Positions 60,501-64,000 of a DNA stretch of 64,000 nucleotides are shown in pieces. The DNA is taken from positions 72,416,001-72,480,000 of the forward strand of contig NC_092344.1 in assembly GCF_963676685.1 (NCBI RefSeq), given 5' to 3'. Numbering within the stretch: the first letter of the stretch is position 1; each line of letters opens with the position of its first letter. The notes under the pieces were generated by a model. That model saw only the letters and a list, made by a program, of their open reading frames with translations. It had not been told where the DNA came from and did not search any database. Made by a program: the position numbers and the translations under genes. The stretch is from Mytilus edulis. Its lineage: Eukaryota.

Positions 60501-63500
60501 AAAGGGGGGGGGGCGGGTTCTTCCACAGGGAATATTTTTATCTTAGGAACTCTACTTTAGAAAGTTTTTTTTAATTATTTATTTTAAAAAAAAAGAAAGG
60601 GAAAAACAATTGTAAGGCAAATTGTGAAGGTTCTTTCTTCCTTTCTCCCGTGGGGCTATCTCGCATATATCTGGTTTACCGTCAAACCGAGCGCATGCAT
60701 GTCTTTTGGTTGTTTCTGTCACTAGGTGGCTGTATCATTGACGTTTATCCCATATTTTCATATTGAAGCACAATGCACACGTAAATATTGTTTTAGAACA
60801 TGAATTTAAAGTTTCATGTCATGCATACTAAGGTAAAGAAAAGCAAAAAAGCGACTCAAAGAACTAAATAGAAAAAGACGAAATGATCTGATTTTCTGTA
60901 CCTCAATTTTTTTTAACTGAAAAAAAAAAAAAAAAATGTCTTCACTGGGAACTCTCGAGCTGAAACCTACACTCTTCAGGTTAGCAGGGACAATACTCTG
61001 TCTTTAATTTTGTCATTTTTGCGCATTGGATCGTTAAAGACCCTGTCAGTGGTTCAAAATATTGCTTATCAAAGACATGTCTACTAGGTTAACGAATGCT
61101 GCATTCGAATAGGGACAGCTCTATTCATTCTCAAAAATTTTGCAATCTTTTGACATAGAAAACACCCTTTTCTATTTAAAATAGATATTCTACATTATAA
61201 GGTGTCGTCTGAAAGTTAGGAATGAAACTTGAATAACTTTGAAAAGTTTAATTTGCTATAAAACTTAAACAAAAGATTGCCACATATGTAATATGATGGA
61301 CACACCAACCTTTAATGACAGCACCCTTTTATGTTCCCTTATCCTTGGAAATCTTAAAAATCTTAAATATCTTCTTATTAATTATTGGTTTCCCCTTAAA
61401 CATCGGACATTAATTTTAAATAGTTCTGCTTTAAAATTCATCTAGTAATCTTTCTATTATTTAAAATTATTAAAGGTTAAGCTTTTTCATGTCCAGCAGC
61501 ACATATTACAGTGTTATCCGGATTCATCGTTATACGATGCGGGAAATAATGCTATTGTCAAGTTCAATTTCAAATAAATAGATTCGTGTTTGAACAAAAC
61601 TATGATCTGATGTTCAATGATTGGTGTATTCATTGTTGGTCTTTAATGCCACTTTTATCATTATGTGCTATTTCATGGCGCCCAGCTGTTTTTGAGTGTA
61701 GAAAACTGAGACGCCCGGAGAGAACCACTGACCTTCGGCAGGGAAACTGTCAATCCTAGTCACTTAAGATTGGAGTCGAACCAAGCTACCACGTGTAGGG
61801 TTCGAACTCTGAAATAAGCAGTGAAGTAGTAATTTTTACTAACGAAAGAAACTTGTTTCTCACTTTATCCAGTTTTCGTTTGATATATAGTTTTGTTTTC
61901 TATTATTCAAATTGAAGAAACCAAGACGTTTTAAAAACGATTTGAAGAAAACAAGGTAGCCGAGTGCATAGTTCTTTCAAACATATTATTTTATCGCTAG
62001 AAGGCTGTGTCGTCAGTAACAGATAGAAAACTCGGGGTAAGAATTTATAGAGCAGACAAGGGGCAGTGGCAAATATTTCATGTATATTATGAACAAAGAG
62101 AAGATTACCCCGGCACCCTTTGCCAAAAAAAAAATCTTTTTCATCCATGTGCCTTTGGACTTTATGTTTTGAATGTAGTTTCACTTTCCATATTCGGTAT
62201 TCATTCTAATGTAAGCTCCACGTGGCAAAAATCACGTGATGCAGGAATATTGTATCTTGGAGTAAGGCTATTTCTTTCTTTTCGGGCGGGGACTCCAGGC
62301 AGACAACATGCATGTTTTATAACGCAACTGTATATTTTCTTATTAAATGAAGAAAGTTGCCGGTCCAGTACAAGGATAGATCGGTTAGAAAGCAAGGTTT
62401 TAATTTTAATTAGATTGGAAAGCTTAATTTGAGAGTTAAAATCGGAGAGGACGAAAAAAAGGGGGGGGGGGCGGGTTCTTCCACAGGGAATATTTTTATC
62501 TTAGGAACTCTACTTTAGAAAGTTTTTTTTAATTATTTGTTTAAAAAAAAAAGAAAGGGAAAAACAATTGTAAGGCAAATTGTGAAGGTTCTTTCTTCCT
62601 TTCTCCCGTGGGGCTATCTCGCATATATCTGGTTTACCGTCAAACCGAGCGCATGCATATCTTTTGGTTGTTTCTGTCACTAGGTGGCTGTATCATTGAC
62701 GTTTATCCCATATTTTCATATTGAAGCACAATGCACACGTAAATATTGTTTTAGAACATGAATTTAAAGTTTCATGTCATGCATACTAAGGTAAAGAAAA
62801 GCAAAAAAGCGACTCAAAGAACTAAATAGAAAAAGACGAAATGATCTGATTTTCTGTACCTCAATTTTTTTTAACTGAAAAAAAAAAATGTCTTCACTGG
62901 GAACTCTCGAGCTGAAACCTACACTCTTCAGGTTAGCATGGACAATACTCTGTCTTTAATTTTGTCATTTTTGCGCATTGGATCGTTAAAGACCCTGTCA
63001 GTGGTTCAAAATATTGCTTATCAAAGACATGTCTTCTAAGTTAACGAATGCTGCATTCGAATAGGGACAGCTCTATTCATTCTCAAAAATTTTGCAATCT
63101 TTTGACATAGAAAACACCCTTTTCTATTTAAAATAGATATTCTACATTATAAGGTGTCGTCTTTAAGTTAGGAATGAAACTTGATTAACTTTGAAAAGTT
63201 TAATTTGCTATAAAACTTAAACAAAAGGTTGCCACATATGTAATATGATGGACACACCAACCTTTAATGACAGCACCCTTTTATGTTCCCTTATCCTTGG
63301 AAATCTTAAATATCTTCTTATTAATTATTGGTTTCCCATTAAACATCGGACATTAATTTTAAATAGTTCTGCTTTAAAATTCATCTAGTAATCTTTCTAT
63401 TATTTAAAATTATTAAAGGTTAAGCTTTTTCATGTCCAGCAGCACATATTACAGTGTTATCCGGATTCATCGTTATACGATGCGGGAAATAATGCTATTG

Positions 63501-64000
63501 TCAAGTTCAATTTCAAATAAATAGATTCGTGTTTGAACAAAACTATGATCTGATGTACAATGATTGGTGTATTCATTGTTGGTCTTTAATGCCACTTTTA
63601 TCATTATGTGCTATTTGATGGCGCCCAGCTGTTTTTTGAGTGTAGAAAGCTGAGTCGCCCGGAGAGAACCACTGACCTTCGGCAGGGAAACTGTCAATCC
63701 TAGTCACTTAAGATTGGAGTCGAACCAAGCTACCACGTGTGGGGTTCGAACTCTTGAATAAGCAGTGAAGTAGTAATTTTTACTAACGAAAAAAACTTGT
63801 TTCTCACTTTATCCAGTTTTCGTTTGATATATAGTTTTGTTTTCTATTATTCAAATTGAAGAAACCAAGACGTTTTAAAAACGATTTGAAGAAAACAAGG
63901 TAGCCGAGTGCATAGTTCTTTCAAACATATTATTTTATCGCTAGAAGGCTGTGTCGTCAGTAACAGATAGAAAACTCAGGGTGAGAATTTATAGAGCAGA

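Larger units (their letters stand above)
25123..64000 (+). repeat. ~1.96 kb macrosatellite; unit starts at 25123, 27083, 29044, 31013 (split by the Polinton), 50930 (MITE), 54195, 56161 (MITE), 58792, 60736 and 62694 (runs off the window)
   Basis: Near-identical units each begin CATTGACGT.TATCCCATATTTTC. The same spurious short ORFs recur at ~1960 bp spacing. Confidence 0.97.

Overview
AT-rich eukaryotic genomic DNA, most likely an invertebrate. The interspersed repeats look bivalve/Mytilus-like, which is inference from memory and not verified. (1) 1-25 kb is host euchromatin: a minus-strand BTB-BACK plus nine C2H2 zinc-finger gene (three coding exons, about 999 aa), a head-to-head plus-strand SMKR1-like gene, a probable shared promoter with an RFX X-box, and many MITE/HINE-type repeats. 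(2) From about 25.1 kb to the window end is a tandem array of a ~1.96 kb unit (at least 9.7 copies, two subtypes, a dimeric higher-order pattern). (3) Copy 4 of the array carries an apparently intact 17,943 bp Polinton/Maverick (adintovirus-like endogenous virus) at 31105-49047, with AGTAGT...ACTACT ends, 55 bp perfect TIRs and a 6 bp TSD (TGCATA). It encodes integrase+chromodomain, a minimal penton, a basic core-like protein, major capsid, adenain protease, packaging ATPase, two small Polinton-type ORFs and a protein-primed PolB. Its right arm holds accessory genes that the ORF track mostly misses: a 3-exon PC4-like protein with a poly-Glu tail, a second PC4-like ORF behind a hydrophobic leader, a BC-box-like ORF and a 4-exon type I membrane protein with a possible alternative last exon. 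Telomeric (TAACCC)n/(TTAGGG)n tracts sit symmetrically inside both ends. Two further non-autonomous DNA transposons are inserted in array copies 5 and 7.
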